A stretch of DNA of 63,810 nt, filler included, from Octopus bimaculoides (GCF_001194135.2; 6 parts of 5 records of this genome joined end to end with filler, not necessarily neighbours in it); one strand, 5' to 3'; shown: positions 24,503 to 37,430, counted from the whole stretch's first letter. Notes: a model not told the origin generated them from the letters alone. Numbers and translations: made by a program.

Positions 24503-24662
24503 ATATGGCGGGGTTCTTTCAGTTTCCGTCTACCAAATCCAATCACAAGGCTGTGGTCGGTCCGCGGCTATAGTAGAAAACCCTTAATTAAGGTGTTATG
24601 CAGTGGGACTGAACCTGGAATCTGGTGGTTGGGAGGCAAACTTACTGCCACACAGCGCGCCT
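24503..24662 (-). mobile_element. SINE family A, 5' half
   Basis: ttctttcagtttccgtctaccaaatcc...cacacagcgcgcc. Confidence 0.8.
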
Positions 24663-25149
24663 ATTTGGACATTCATTTCTATTGTCCTAAGACTAAAGAC
24701 CCACTGCTTGCAACAGATTTGTCTCCGGTTGAGGTACACAAAGTCCGGGCTGTTATGTTAAACTGCGAATCGGATTAAGCCAAACGTCTAGGAACATGTG
24801 GAACGGCTGTAGTGTTCAAACACACAAACTGAAAGCAGCAAGAGCACTGTGATATTGACGAGGCTTTGATTATGTTTTGTGGATCTGGATTCACGATGTC
24901 ACGGATACGGCTTCATGATTGACAGGAAGGGGGGGGGTCTAGCAAGATGTTTGACCCAGTATCAAGACGGTGACCTCAATGTTGCACTAATGGCTTCTGG
25001 CAAACACAGTCACGTGCACTCACTACGCGCGCGCACACGCACGCACGCACAAACAAATAAACACACGCACACACAATATACATACGCGTTTTCTGTTGCA
25101 ATATAATAGTTTTTTTTTCCCGTTTTTCGTCTCATTTATTAAATTTTAT

Positions 25150-25338
25150 CATTCTTCTTTCTTCCTCGTTTTTCGTTGTAATATCATTGTTGTTGTTGCT
25201 ATTATTATTCTCGTTGCTGTTGTTATTATTATTTTTATTATTATTAATATTATCATCATCATCATCATTCTTCTTCTTCTTCTTCTTCTTCTTCTTCTTC
25301 TTCTTCTTCTTCTTCTTCTTCTTCTTCTTCTTCTTTTT

Positions 25339-25375
<37 letters not shown>

Positions 25376-25899
25376 CCACCATCATCATCATTATTATCAT
25401 TATTATTATTATCATTAGTATCATCATCATCATCATCATCATCGTTATCATCATCATCATCATCATTATTTTTATCATCATCATCATCACTATCATTAAC
25501 TTCATCATCATCATCATTATTATAATCATCATCATCATCATCATCATCATCATTTTTATTATCATCATTATCATTATCAATATCATCATCATCATCATCA
25601 TCATCATTATTATTATTATTNNNNNNNNNNNNNNNNNNNNNNNNNNNNNNNNNNNNNNNNNNNNTTAATTAATTAANNNNNNNNNNNNNNNNNNNNNNNN
25701 NNNNNNNNNNNNNNNNNNNNACATTCACACGCATAAACACATGCACATTCACACACGTTTACACACACACACACACACATTCACACACACGCACATTCTC
25801 ACATTCATACACACACATTAACACACTAATACATACACACATACACACGCACATTCACACACTTTCACACACACTCACTCATTTATACACACACACACA

Positions 25900-25936
<37 letters not shown>

Positions 25937-26065
25937 TCACACACATTCACACACACTAACACACTTATACATACAGATTCATACACACATACACACGCAC
26001 ATTCACACACTTTCACACACACACACACTCATTTATACACACACACATTCACACACACACACATT
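25150..26065. repeat. (ATC)n/(TTC)n/(ATT)n tract, then (CA)-rich degenerate repeat after a gap
   Basis: Direct reading. Confidence 0.95.
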
Positions 26066-26715
26066 AACTGGATGGGTTTGCTTTGACCGATTTCTCTTAA
26101 ATTAAACAGGAATGTTTGACAATAAAATTTATCAATTTATTGGAAAGTCGTAAAAACCACATTTATTGCCTGGCACTAAGTGGTAATGGCTTTTGCTAAA
26201 TTTAGGTTCGACTTTTTAATATGTCCTACAACAACGTATTGGCGATCTCCAGCTATAATATATATTATTGCTGTTGTTATTTTGCCAAGAGACACGTCTA
26301 GGTTTGGATTCCTGGATCTAGTTCTTATCTTGCCAGTTGATGAACAATCTACCACCACCACCACCACCACCGCCTTCTCCTCTACCTCCCCCTCATCATC
26401 ATATGTGCAGTGCAACGAAATCCCAGAAGAGATAATGTTACTTCATTTAATTTGTTATTTTTGCTGCTGCTGCTGTTGCTGCTGCCCTTGTTCTAGTTTT
26501 GGTTTGTTGTCTGTTAGTTTCTGTTTTACCTTCCCTTAGGATTAATACCCCGTTTCCTTCACGGCCATTCCCTTTTTAGGATCTTGTACATGGCTTATCT
26601 GCAAATGAACGTTACCGATTTTAAGATGATAGATAATCCTTTCTACTATAGGCTCAAGGCCTGAAATTTGGTGGGAGAAGACCAGTCGATTACATCGATC
26701 CCAGTGTTTCACGGT

Positions 26716-27250
26716 GGAGGCGAAATGGCCCAGTGGTTAGGGCAGTGGACTCGCGGTCATAGGATCGCGGTTTCGATTCCCAGACCGGGCGTTGTGAGTG
26801 TTTATTGCGCGAAAACACCTAAAGCTCCACGAGGCTCCGACAGGAGATGGTGGCGAACCCTGCTGTACTCTTTCACCACAACTTTCTCNNNNNNNNNNTG
26901 GTTAGGGCAGTGGACTCGCGGTCATAGGATCGCGGTTTCGATTCCCAGACCGGGCGTTGTGAGTGTTTATTGCGCGAAAACACCTAAAGCTCCACGAGGC
27001 TCCGACAGGAGATGGTGGCGAACCCTGCTGTACTCTTTCACCACAACTTTCTCTCACTCTTACTTCCTGTTTCTGTTGTGCCTGTAATTCAAAAGGTCAG
27101 CCTTGTCACACTGTGTCACGCTGAATATCCCCGAGAACTACGTTAAGGGTACACGTGTCTGTGGAGTGCACTTGCACGTTAATTTCACGAACAGGCTGTT
27201 CCGATGATCGGATCAACTGGAACCCTCGACGTCGTAAGCGACGGAGTGCA
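26716..27250 (+). mobile_element. tRNA-derived SINE family B (head duplicated across a 10-N gap)
   Basis: GGAGGCGAAATGGCCCAGTGGTTAGGGC..GGTTTCGATTCCC A/B boxes; tail GTCGTAAGCGACGGAGTGC; inserted into a family F copy. Confidence 0.9.
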
Positions 27251-27697
27251 AACGAAAAAAAAAATGCCTAGCGCTCACGTAAGTGGTGAGTGAGGTATCA
27301 CGGATAAACTGATTTAACATGGATGATAATTTATAATTTTTACTCTATAAATAGATTGTATAAGCTTTAAATAGTGAAAAGATAAAAAAATTAGCGAAGA
27401 TAAAAGTTGTAAATTTACTTTATACATTGCAAGTTAATGGCTTCCTTGTGCCTGATGAGGTTTCATTCTGTTTGAATAGCCATTACAAATTTTATCATGT
27501 GTAATATAATTACTTTCGAGGTAAAATTTAGTATGTTAATTATGTTACCTCGCCACCTCCTGTGACATACTCAGGGGGCTGCACTACCCACGTTGAGAAG
27601 CTCTGATTTAAACCATCGTTTCTCACTCATTTTGGGCCACATTCCACTCTCCCAAAAATGATGCACCATATCATGAACAGAAAGTCAATATACATAG

Positions 27698-27719
<22 letters not shown>

Positions 27720-27729
<10 letters not shown>

Positions 27730-27943
27730 TGCTGAAAAGTTCCTGGCTTTAAGGCTATTGTAAAAGGCCTGATTAGAGGCCCAACATTCCGAATTCTTTT
27801 TTACAGGGATTAGAAAAAACTGAAGGACAGCTGCAATAAGTGTGTGAATCTGAGAGGGGGATGTGTTGAATAAAATCATAATTAACTGATCCTCCTGTAT
27901 TTTCTTTTACACCAAACCAGGAACTTTTCAACACCCCCTTGCA
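27720..27943 (+). mobile_element. Mariner-derived MITE, copy 4
   Basis: ACGAGGGGGTGCTGAAAAGTTCCTGG ... CCAGGAACTTTTCAACACCCCCTTG. Confidence 0.85.
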
Positions 27944-29377
27944 TAGAAAAATTAATAAGTAAAAGCACAATAAATAAGTATAATATAATACAAAGTAAAT
28001 ATAATAAAACGACAATTTTTCTATGTGACAGTGGATTTTCATCGATGAGTTCATGAACCTTGGTTCTTTTCCCTAAAACTATATATATATAATACAAAGA
28101 ATATATATACATGTATACACACATATGTACATACTTACATCTACATGTGTATATACATACATATCAGGGTACAGGACGTTAGAACAATAAACTACAAACA
28201 ACGGAACGAACACATAGGAAAACGGAAAGCCACTTGGAATATCCCTTCATCAGCTGTCTCTATTCTATCTAGACGTTTCGAAGACAATACTGTGAAACTT
28301 AATTTAATTTAATTTTAATAAATTGATTTTAATTGAGTTTTTACCTGTAATTTGGGATTTTTATCCCTAATATTATTATAATANNNNNNNNNNNNNNNNN
28401 NNNNNNNNNNNNNNNNNNNNNNNNNNNNNNNNNNNNNNNNNNNNNNNNNNNNNNNNNNNNNNNNNNNNNNNNNNNNNNNNNNNNNNNNNNNNNNNNNNNN
28501 NNNNNNNNNNNNNNNNNNNNNNNNNNNNNNNNNNNNNNNNNNNNNNNNNNNNNNNNNNNNNNNNNNNNNNNNNNNNNNATATATATATATATATATATAT
28601 ATATACCTACGCCTCATCGTGACTATAACTGCCTGTCCCCCAGTTTCGCCCTTCCACCACCAATACCTGAGAATCCAGCAAGGTGTGTTTGACCAGAACG
28701 TGCAGATACGTTCACAGACACACATACCTTTACACAGCGGACATCCACTCTATAGACCCTTTTCCACTTACACCAGTATAAGCCCACACGGATAGAGTAC
28801 TCCTACGCACGCTCCATGCATACATATTGTTGGGTAATGTGTGAAGGCATAAGGTCTAAAACAAACAAGTTCCCCAGGTCAATTACAAGTACAGAAGACA
28901 ACTCTGGAGATGTTAAAGTTTTATTAGACCTCATCAGTAAAGCATAGGTTTCTCCGTAAATACCGAAACAGTAGTGAGAGAATCACTAAATAAATATATG
29001 ATATTATGCACGAGCTGGCGAGAAAAAAATTAGGCTATTTAGGAAAAATCACTCTTGCGGTCGACCAATGTCTCTTTCTTTATGTACACACACACACACA
29101 CACAGACGCACATATTAAAGCATAAAAAGAGAGAAAGATTAGACAAACTCAGACTTATTTCTGATTAGATTGTTGAGGCTCACTGCGCTTTAAATATGTT
29201 ACACAAACATAACTAGAGTCTCCCAATTAATTATGTTGACCTTTGTGAGTATTGCTTCTGAAACGGTTGTACTTAGCTGGGAGACAACAAAGAAGTGACT
29301 ATTCTGGTTTGGGTTTCAACCTGCGTTGCAAGCGACATATTTTTGCCAATTGTAAGGAGATTACTCTTGGCCATTGT

Positions 29378-29678
29378 GGAGGCGCAATGGCCCATTGGTT
29401 AGGGCAGCGGACTCGCGGTCATAGGATCGCAATTTCGATTCCCAGACCGGGCGTTGTGAGTGTTTATTGAGCGAAAATACCGAAAAGCTCCACGAGGCTC
29501 CGACAGGGGATGGTGGCGAACCCTGCTGTACTCTTTCACCACAACTTTCTCTCACTCTTACTTCCTGTTTCTGTTGTGCCTGTAATTCAAAGGGTCAGCC
29601 TTGTCACACTGTGTCACGCTGAACATCCCCGAGAACTACGTTAAGGGTACACGTGTCTGTGGAGTGCTCAGCCACTTG
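29378..29678 (+). mobile_element. SINE family B (to gap)
   Basis: Matches 61017-61320. Confidence 0.9.
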
Positions 29679-30343
29679 NNNNNNNNNNNNNNNNNNNNNN
29701 NNNNNNNNNNNNNNNNNNNNNNNNNNNNNNNNNNNNNNNNNNNNNNNNNNNNNNNNNNNNNNNNNNNNNNNNNNNNNNNNNNNNNNNNNNNNNNNNNNNN
29801 NNNNNNNNNNNNNNNNNNNNNNNNNNNNNNNNNNNNNNNNNNNNNNNNNNNNNNNNNNNNNNNNNNNNNNNNNNNNNNNNNNNNNNNNNNNNNNNNNNNN
29901 NNNNNNNNNNNNNNNNNNNNNNNNNNNNNNNNNNNNNNNNNNNNNNNNNNNNNNNNNNNNNNNNNNNNNNNNNNNNNNNNNNNNNNNNNNNNNNNNNNNN
30001 NNNNNNNNNNNNNNNNNNNNNNNNNNNNNNNNNNNNNNNNNNNNNNNNNNNNNNNNNNNNNNNNNNNNNNNNNNNNNNNNNNNNNNNNNNNNNNNNNNNN
30101 NNNNNNNNNNNNNNNNNNNNNNNNNNNNNNNNNNNNNNNNNNNNNNNNNNNNNNNNNNNNNNNNNNNNNNNNNNNNNNNNNNNNNNNNNNNNNNNNNNNN
30201 NNNNNNNNNNNNNNNNNNNNNNNNNNNNNNNNNNNNNNNNNNNNNNNNNNNNNNNNNNNNNNNNNNNNNNNNNNNNNNNNNNNNNNNNNNNNNNNNNNNN
30301 NNNNNNNNNNNNNNNNNNNNNNATATATATATATATATATATA

Positions 30344-30573
30344 TACGAGGGATTGCTGAAAAGCTCCTGGCTTTAAGGCTATTGCGAAAGGCTTTTCGCA
30401 ATACGATACCCTTAAACCTTCCCAGTTCTTTTACAGGGCCTAGAAAAAACTGAAGGACCACTGCAGTAAATGTGTGAATCTGAGAGGGGAATATGTTGAA
30501 TAAAATCATAATTAACTGACCCTCCTGTATTGTCTTTTACCCCAAACTAGGACCTTTTCAGCACCTTCCCGTA
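30344..30573 (+). mobile_element. Mariner-derived MITE, copy 5
   Basis: TACGAGGG...CCTTCCCGTA, TA at both ends. Confidence 0.8.
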
Positions 30574-31130
30574 TAATGTAGTTTCAGATATACAAAAGAC
30601 GCGGTGGTCATACCGGTAATGCTTTGGATCGTAAGCCTGTTCAAATAAGGTTGATTCGAAGGCAGCAATTTGTTGGGAGGAGGATGGGTCATTCGATTAT
30701 AGCGACCCTAGTATATGCGTGTAGAAGTAGTTCTGTGCCAGATATAGGTGCAATATTTCATCACGGATCATTTCATCGGTCTACCAACTATGGCGATGAA
30801 AGAGAGGCGATGTGTGCAGAACTAACCGATTGGAAGCGCACAGTAAGTTATATATTTCGTCTGTTACTTATGCCTTAATCTATGCAAACCTGCAACGGGA
30901 CTGAATAGTCATCTGAGAGGTCACGGATGGAAAGTCAGAAATGCTATTAACAACGAAGAAGCACAAGATGGCAATCGTTTGAGATGATGGTGCAATCACC
31001 ATGTATGAATATATGTACGTACGTAGGTACATGTGTAGGCACTACATGTAAGCATGTATGTAAAACTTACTTGAAAAAGGATGCGTGGCGTTCGATCATA
31101 TAATAATATAAATAATATATAAATATATGC

Positions 31131-31347
31131 ATATATCCATACATATATGTACACACCTACATCTATATGTATACATACAAGCATATATGGGTACAGGACA
31201 TAAAAAAAAAACATTAAACACAATGAGAAACGTATGTTTTCGTTTCTCATTTGTGTTTAACGTTTTTTTTTTTTTGATGTCCAGTACCCATATATGCATG
31301 TATGTATACATATAGATGTAGGTATGTACATATATGTATGGATATAT
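31131..31347. repeat. Foldback: about 100-bp inverted arms around an 8-nt loop
   Basis: 31131-31232 versus reverse complement of 31241-31347 match at roughly 90% by eye; loop tatgtttt. Confidence 0.9.
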
Positions 31348-31804
31348 TTATATACTATGTATGTATGTATGTATGTATGCATGTATGAACGTACGTAAGT
31401 TCATACCTACGTGTGCGTGTGCAAAGCAAAAAGGAAGTAGGTTAGTTTACGTGTTTGATGCCGGTTGTTTCAGAATTACAAAACAGGGGGGGGGGAGAGA
31501 AACAACAGGGGTGTATTGAATACAATCCTTTTATTGCCGATGAAATTGTTGTTAAACGTTAGAAACATTCGACGAAGGAGCGGAGTTGAATAGAGGTGTG
31601 TGAGTCGTTTTCGAAAGACATCTAAATAGCTTGCTAGATAGTCACCTTTGTCCTACTTAATGAAAAGGTGTTGTGCAAAAAACGTATTTAGACAAACAAA
31701 TAACTCCACAGACAAAAGCCAAACAAACAGACAGACAGACAGACAGATAGATAAAGAGGTACATAGGAGTGCATGTATGAGATAGCAGGAGATAAAGAAT
31801 GCCA

Positions 31805-31861
<57 letters not shown>

Positions 31862-33134
31862 GGAGAGAACGTTCAATTAAGTGTGAAGGGCAAAGAGTGC
31901 ACATGTTCGTTTGTACCTGTTTGCGCGTGAGCGCGCATGCGATCTTACAAAACACGAAAGCACTTTTGTCAAATGTCCCTTCTTCAGTTGTGATTCATAG
32001 TGGAATGTTTTTTGTTGTTGCTTGCTGCGGATGGAAACCCCTGAATCAGACATTAAAAGTGTGATACACCCATCTTTTTCTGTTTATATCTAGGACTACA
32101 TTTGTCTAACGTCTTCTTGTAATATGTATCAATAATTTGAGGGAAGCTTTCCTGCCATTTACAGCTAGATCGAACAGACGTATGACTGAAGGCTTTCTCA
32201 GATAATCTCTGGATTCTAGATAATTCTAGATTCTAGAACTACGACATCTAGTTGGTCATTCACATATCTAAGATGGTGTAGTGTGGTTATAACGAAAAAC
32301 TTGTCTGTTGATATACATCATACATTGCTACGTTATTACAAGGCATTATTCATACAATACAGCCAGTCAGTCTTATATGAACACCGCTTCAACAGATTTC
32401 GATAATCAGGCTGAATTTTCACATCGATACACATTCACGTGACCATGTTAATTCTTCATCCATTTCCGGGTTGGGTATAGAAGTAAGACAACAAAAGAAT
32501 TACTGGTACACTTCGTAAGGGAATATTCTCTTTGTAAACTATATTTTAGAATTACAAATTCAGTTTTATTAATCATACTTGTGTTTAACATTAATTTCGA
32601 TTCCCAAAAACCTTAAATTGAAGAATATCGACGCATGCTGGTACTCTTTGTAACGCCCGGTTTTAGTTATTTTATATCAAAGAGTCAGTGAGAAACCTAT
32701 GTGGTCGCTTGATCTGCTAGAGATAGAAAACAAATCTCCTTCAAAATGTAGTTCTTGGTTACATTTTCTAACCTTGTATCCTCTTAAACTCACAAAACGA
32801 AAATGGAATATCTCGGCTGAAACGCTTTTGAATAAACTGATACGGAAATAAACACATTTAATTTGATAATATGAAAGTAGAGCAAGGAATTTAAAATCAT
32901 AGCATATAATTAATGTGTGTTACTGAATGAACCCTAGAAATAAGGTTAGCTCTTTTGTCGACTACGACATAGATAAGTTATTCAAAAGGTGAAAGACGAG
33001 GAGAGAACAGCCCGTTGAGACAAGCGTTGTAAATACCTCTAGATAGCTTTGCAGCTCTGTGATCTGTGGTTGAATTTGCCAGTCTTTTTTATAGCTGCTA
33101 ACCATCCTTCTAGAAACAACAACAACGACGACGA

Positions 33135-33285
33135 CGAAAAATACCTTAGGAATGAGAAATGTCCCCAAGACACCTGATGAAGGCTGGAGGGTGAATCAGC
33201 CGAAAGGTTGTGTTAACAACAAACAAGATGAGGACAAATATCCGTCAAATGTACATAATTCCTCATCTCTTAAATATAGAACTGT
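33135..33285 (+). mobile_element. PLE terminal-repeat fragment (same family as 20030-20690)
   Basis: Reverse complement aligns by eye to 20080-20200 (gagatgaggaatt...tcctcatcttg...ccttcatcaggtgtc). Confidence 0.55.
33169..33214 (+). ncRNA. Minimal type I hammerhead motif in a PLE terminal repeat
   Basis: GACAC CTGATGA A GGCTGG...TCAGCC GAAA G GTT GTGTT; stem I 5 bp, stem II 6 bp; stem III palindrome appears mutated (ACGT to AGGT). Confidence 0.6.
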
Positions 33286-33760
33286 CTATCTGTCTTTCCG
33301 TCCATCCGTCCGTTTCTTCCTCCTATCTTTTTTCTTTCTCTTTCCCTCATTTTGGACATGTATGATGATTCAACTTGGATCTTTTTAGTTCCACTTAAAG
33401 ACCAAGGTGTATGACTCGGTCCTGTAGGACATACCACATTTGAAAAAGAGTACAACAAGTTTTAGTGTAGGTTTAGAGAAAACAAGTTCACTCCGGTTCT
33501 ATGTACAACAACACTTCATAGGCATAACATCAAAGACAAACATGTTTCAATCATGTTTCTTATGTAAGATAAACTGTCATCACTTATTTTGGCAATGAGC
33601 TATGATAAGTTAGTGGAAATCTATTTCTTTACCATCAAGTTCTTTATATAATTTTGGAGAAACCTTTTCGTCTTCTTTTGACAAAATAATGTCTTATTAT
33701 AAATCAAAGGTATCATTCACTATTCACGACATATCTTTGCTTACAAGTATTAGACATCTA

Positions 33761-34176
33761 TTTACTCTTTTACTCGTTTCAGTCATTTGACTGCGGCCAT
33801 GCTGGAGCACCGCCTTTAGTCGAGCAAATCAACCCCAGGACTTATTCTTTGGAAGCCTAGTACTTATTCTATCGGTCTCTTTTGCCGAACCGCTAGGTTA
33901 CGTGGACGTAAACACACCAGCATCGGTTGTCAAGCGATGTTGGGGGGAACAAACACAGACACAAACATATACACACACATACACATATATACACATATAT
34001 ATATACATATATACGACGGGCTTCTTTCAGTTTCCGTCTACGAAATCCACTCACAAGGCTTTGGTCGGCCCGAGGCTATAGTAGAAGACACTTGCCCAAG
34101 GTGCCACGCAGTGGGAATGAACCCGGAACCATGTGGTTGGTAAGCAAGCTACTTACCACACAGCAACTCCCGCGCC
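33761..34176 (-). mobile_element. SINE family A, near-intact copy
   Basis: Full head-to-tail copy. Confidence 0.92.
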
Positions 34177-34410
34177 TATTTGTTGATTTTATTTTCAAAT
34201 CTTGGGCATTTACAGCCATCTTCTACGACTTGTGCATTTATTTGTATGACATCATTTTCTTTAAAGTCTTTTCAGTTTTTCTCCAAGCACAGATTCAGCT
34301 CCGTATTTCCAAACTTATTTTGTACAACCTGTACGTTTGCAACTTGTTTTCCTCAGCAACAACAGTTGCTGCAGCAGCAACAATTACTTATAGTTTAAGC
34401 CATGCCGTGT

Positions 34411-34787
34411 GGAGGCGCAATGGCCCAGTGGTTAGTTAGGGCAGCGGACTCGTGGCCATAGGATCGGGGTTTCGATTCCCCGACCGGGCGTTGTGAGTGT
34501 TTATTGAGCAAAACCACCTAAAGCTCCACGAGGTTCCGGCAGGGGATGGTAGCGAACCCTGCTGTACTTTTCCACCACAACTTTCTGTCACTCTTTCTTC
34601 CTGTTTCTGTTGTACCTGTAATTCAAAGGGTCAGCCTTGTCACGCTGAATATAACTGAGAACTACGTTAAGGATACACGTGTCTGTGGAGTGCTCAGCCA
34701 CTTGCACGTTAATTTCACGAGCAGGCTGTTCTGTTGATCGGATCAACTGGAACCCTCGACGTCGTAAGCGACGGATTGCCAACAACA
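34411..34787 (+). mobile_element. SINE family B
   Basis: Full copy ending GCCAACAACAA. Confidence 0.9.
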
Positions 34788-35009
34788 AGCTTTGCCGTAA
34801 ACTATTCACCGATATATTGAGGAGCAATAAGTAAAACAGTTCTTAAATGTTTAAAAACAACAGTAGAAGGAACATCGCTACATTAATAATTACACTACTA
34901 GTGAAGGAAAGTGGATATAACCACAATTAGGTTAGTGGTAATAGTATACCGAGTAATTAACATAATTAGCGCATACTTTTTATGCAGATAGATGGTGCAT
35001 GTGCATCTC

Positions 35010-35260
35010 TAGAGCCAATCAGAAGAGTTTGTATGCGGTACTGTAAGCAATAATGTGTGCCTGCTCGCGATATATTTTTCCCACGAGAGTTCCGGATCCC
35101 AGTAATGAACTCATTTGCATATAACCAATCAGAGCTCACCTTGACCTTGTTGTCAAGTTAACAAACACACTCTACCAAGTAAACTCAAGACAAAGAACGA
35201 TTGCCAAGTTATGTCTGATTTTAGAAGGAGACACGTAATTAGGTAGATTTGCATCTATAC
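35010..35260 (+). promoter_or_regulatory. Candidate cis-regulatory cluster
   Basis: CCAAT at 35015 and 35125, ATTTGCAT octamers at 35113 and 35247, TTCCCACG (CSL-type) at 35078, TGACCTTG at 35142. Confidence 0.35.
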
Positions 35261-36944
35261 CTATTGTCGGATTTTGTTAGGGTTCCATATGGTAAAGAAG
35301 TGGATGGGAAAAATGTGGGCAGAGGGTGATGTGCTGGCAACCCTCTCCCCTTACTGCTGGCGTGTACGGTCGCCAAATTGGCCATCCTCCTATTTAAACA
35401 CAATATACCTTCGACTACATCAAAGATGGGTAAAAAGAGGTGCCGCCTAGTGACCTCCAAGAAGTGGCCGTTTACTTTAACCAACGAACAGATACCCACG
35501 TGCTTTGCAGTGTACTAGCTTCTGAAAACGAGCTCGAACTCAACCACTTTCAGAACAGCGGCTAAGTAACGATGGTCGAAGCTATCAAAACATTTCAACC
35601 GATTCAAATTGATCAGGGATTCACGGGAGCCAACATGATTCCTAAACTACTTTATAGTTTATAGCATAAGATGGAGGTTGTCGAGGATGGGTTTATTCGT
35701 GATCCTGTGAGTATTTAGAATTCCATGTGTATTTCCGTTTGTAAATTGTCGTTGCGTTCTTTGTTCTGAGTCTTCGTTTATTTTTACCGAGATAAATATA
35801 TCTATGATACAGAGCTAAACAGATGGCATATATCTACCGCAATCTAAATTTAAGAAAAACAACTGTTAAGAAGAAACAACAAAATGGTTAATCAGAAAAT
35901 GACATGATGTGTCTATATTCACAGGCGCTCTAGTAATATTCTACCTTATTTCTGCCTCCTTCTATTCTGCAATATACTAATTTCCCCTATCTGACTCCAA
36001 TATAAAGTGCTTCCATTTGCTAATCTAACACAGTCGCTATCCATCTCCCCGATACTGAATCCTGTCTACTTTTCAATCCAATAATGTTACATCTAAAAGT
36101 TACACATCTCTGACGATTTGACAATAAGTCTTGATTATGTAATTTGCATTATGTAACAATCACGTAAGATGATAACTACATGTTTTTACAATTTCTCATG
36201 TATATATATATGTGTGTAAGTGTTTTTGTGCTTGTGTTAGTCTCTCATTGATGTTGGTTTGATTACGTTCCCATGACTCACGGCTCGACAAAAAGACTTA
36301 AAATACTGAGATCGGTTTGCTCCACAATACTCGTCAAGACGTTGCCCTAGCATATAGTCGTACTTTAATTTCAGAAACAAGTTAAAAAGGAAAAAACGAA
36401 TATATATATATGACTGTGTGAGAAACCAGTATTGTCCCGATTGTCACATTGTTGTTCCAAATATAGAAAGCAACACAATCGACCAAATACTTTACGGTGT
36501 TTAACGGTTTGCTTGGAACAATACCATTTTTAATGAGTGTTTTGTGTGAATCTTGTTTGTGAATCACAGCAGTTAATTCGTCAATGCCGAGTCTATTGAG
36601 TTATGGTTCATTCACCACACGTAGTTGTATCTCACCTTGAGCTTTTTAGGGCAAAATAACAACGACAATGACGACCACCACCACCACCACCACCACCACC
36701 ATGATGATCATCATCATCACGATCATGATCAACATCGGCAGTAGTAAAAGTATCTCTCCACCGCGGGGATCCATCCTTATTACCACAACGACCGCCGCAA
36801 GCAGTGTAACCACTACCACCACCACCACCATCACAATGGCTCACACGACGACGACGACGTCTTATGGATTAGAAGTATCACCCATAAATACTTTGAAATA
36901 CAATAGGAGCTTTTTGCACAGTTTTCATGTGCACCAATTTTACT

Positions 36945-37220
36945 GTAAGCGACATAAGTACGCCTCGCAATCACGCGATCCCGAGTTCAATCTCACTGCA
37001 TGGCTTCGGGGTTTACCCAAGCTTTGGGAATAAAATTGGATTGAGCAGATGGAAATCGTACGGAAGCCAGTCGATTGACTTGTATTTGTTATTCAAAGGT
37101 ACAAACATGTCGCACACGCACATTATGTCACGCTGAATTTGCCCCAGGATTATGCTAGTGGTATACGTGTCACGTGTTTGTGTAAAGCTCAGTCGTTTAT
37201 ACATGCTAATTTCATGAGAA
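36945..37220 (+). mobile_element. Old chimeric SINE (family-A-like body, family-B/C tail)
   Basis: gagttcaatc B box; agatggaaatcgtacggaagccagtcg resembles the A domain; tgtcacgctgaatttgcccc resembles the B/C tail. Confidence 0.55.
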
Positions 37221-37221
37221 A

Positions 37222-37430
37222 TGGAGGAGCATGGCTTAGTGGTTAGGGTGTTGGACTCATGGTTATGGTTCGATTCCTGGACCGGGCGATGTGCGGTGTT
37301 CTTGAGCAAAACATTTCATTTCAAGTTACTCCAGTCCAATCAGCTGGCAAAAATGAGTAACCCTGCGACGGGCCGGCATCCCGTCCAGGTGGAGAATATA
37401 TAGACCACAGAAACCAGACCCTATGCTCCT
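37222..37430 (+). mobile_element. SINE family E
   Basis: TGGCTTAGTGG A box, GGTTCGATTCC B box; matches 22730-22932. Confidence 0.75.

Noticed and set aside
26716-27060. Tandem duplication of the SINE B head
   Set aside because: Identical sequence on both sides of a 10-N gap; typical unmerged contig overlap.
28240-28290. GAAACGTC...CTGATGAAGG (type II order) on the minus strand
   Set aside because: Stems I and II do not pair adequately; at most half-motifs.
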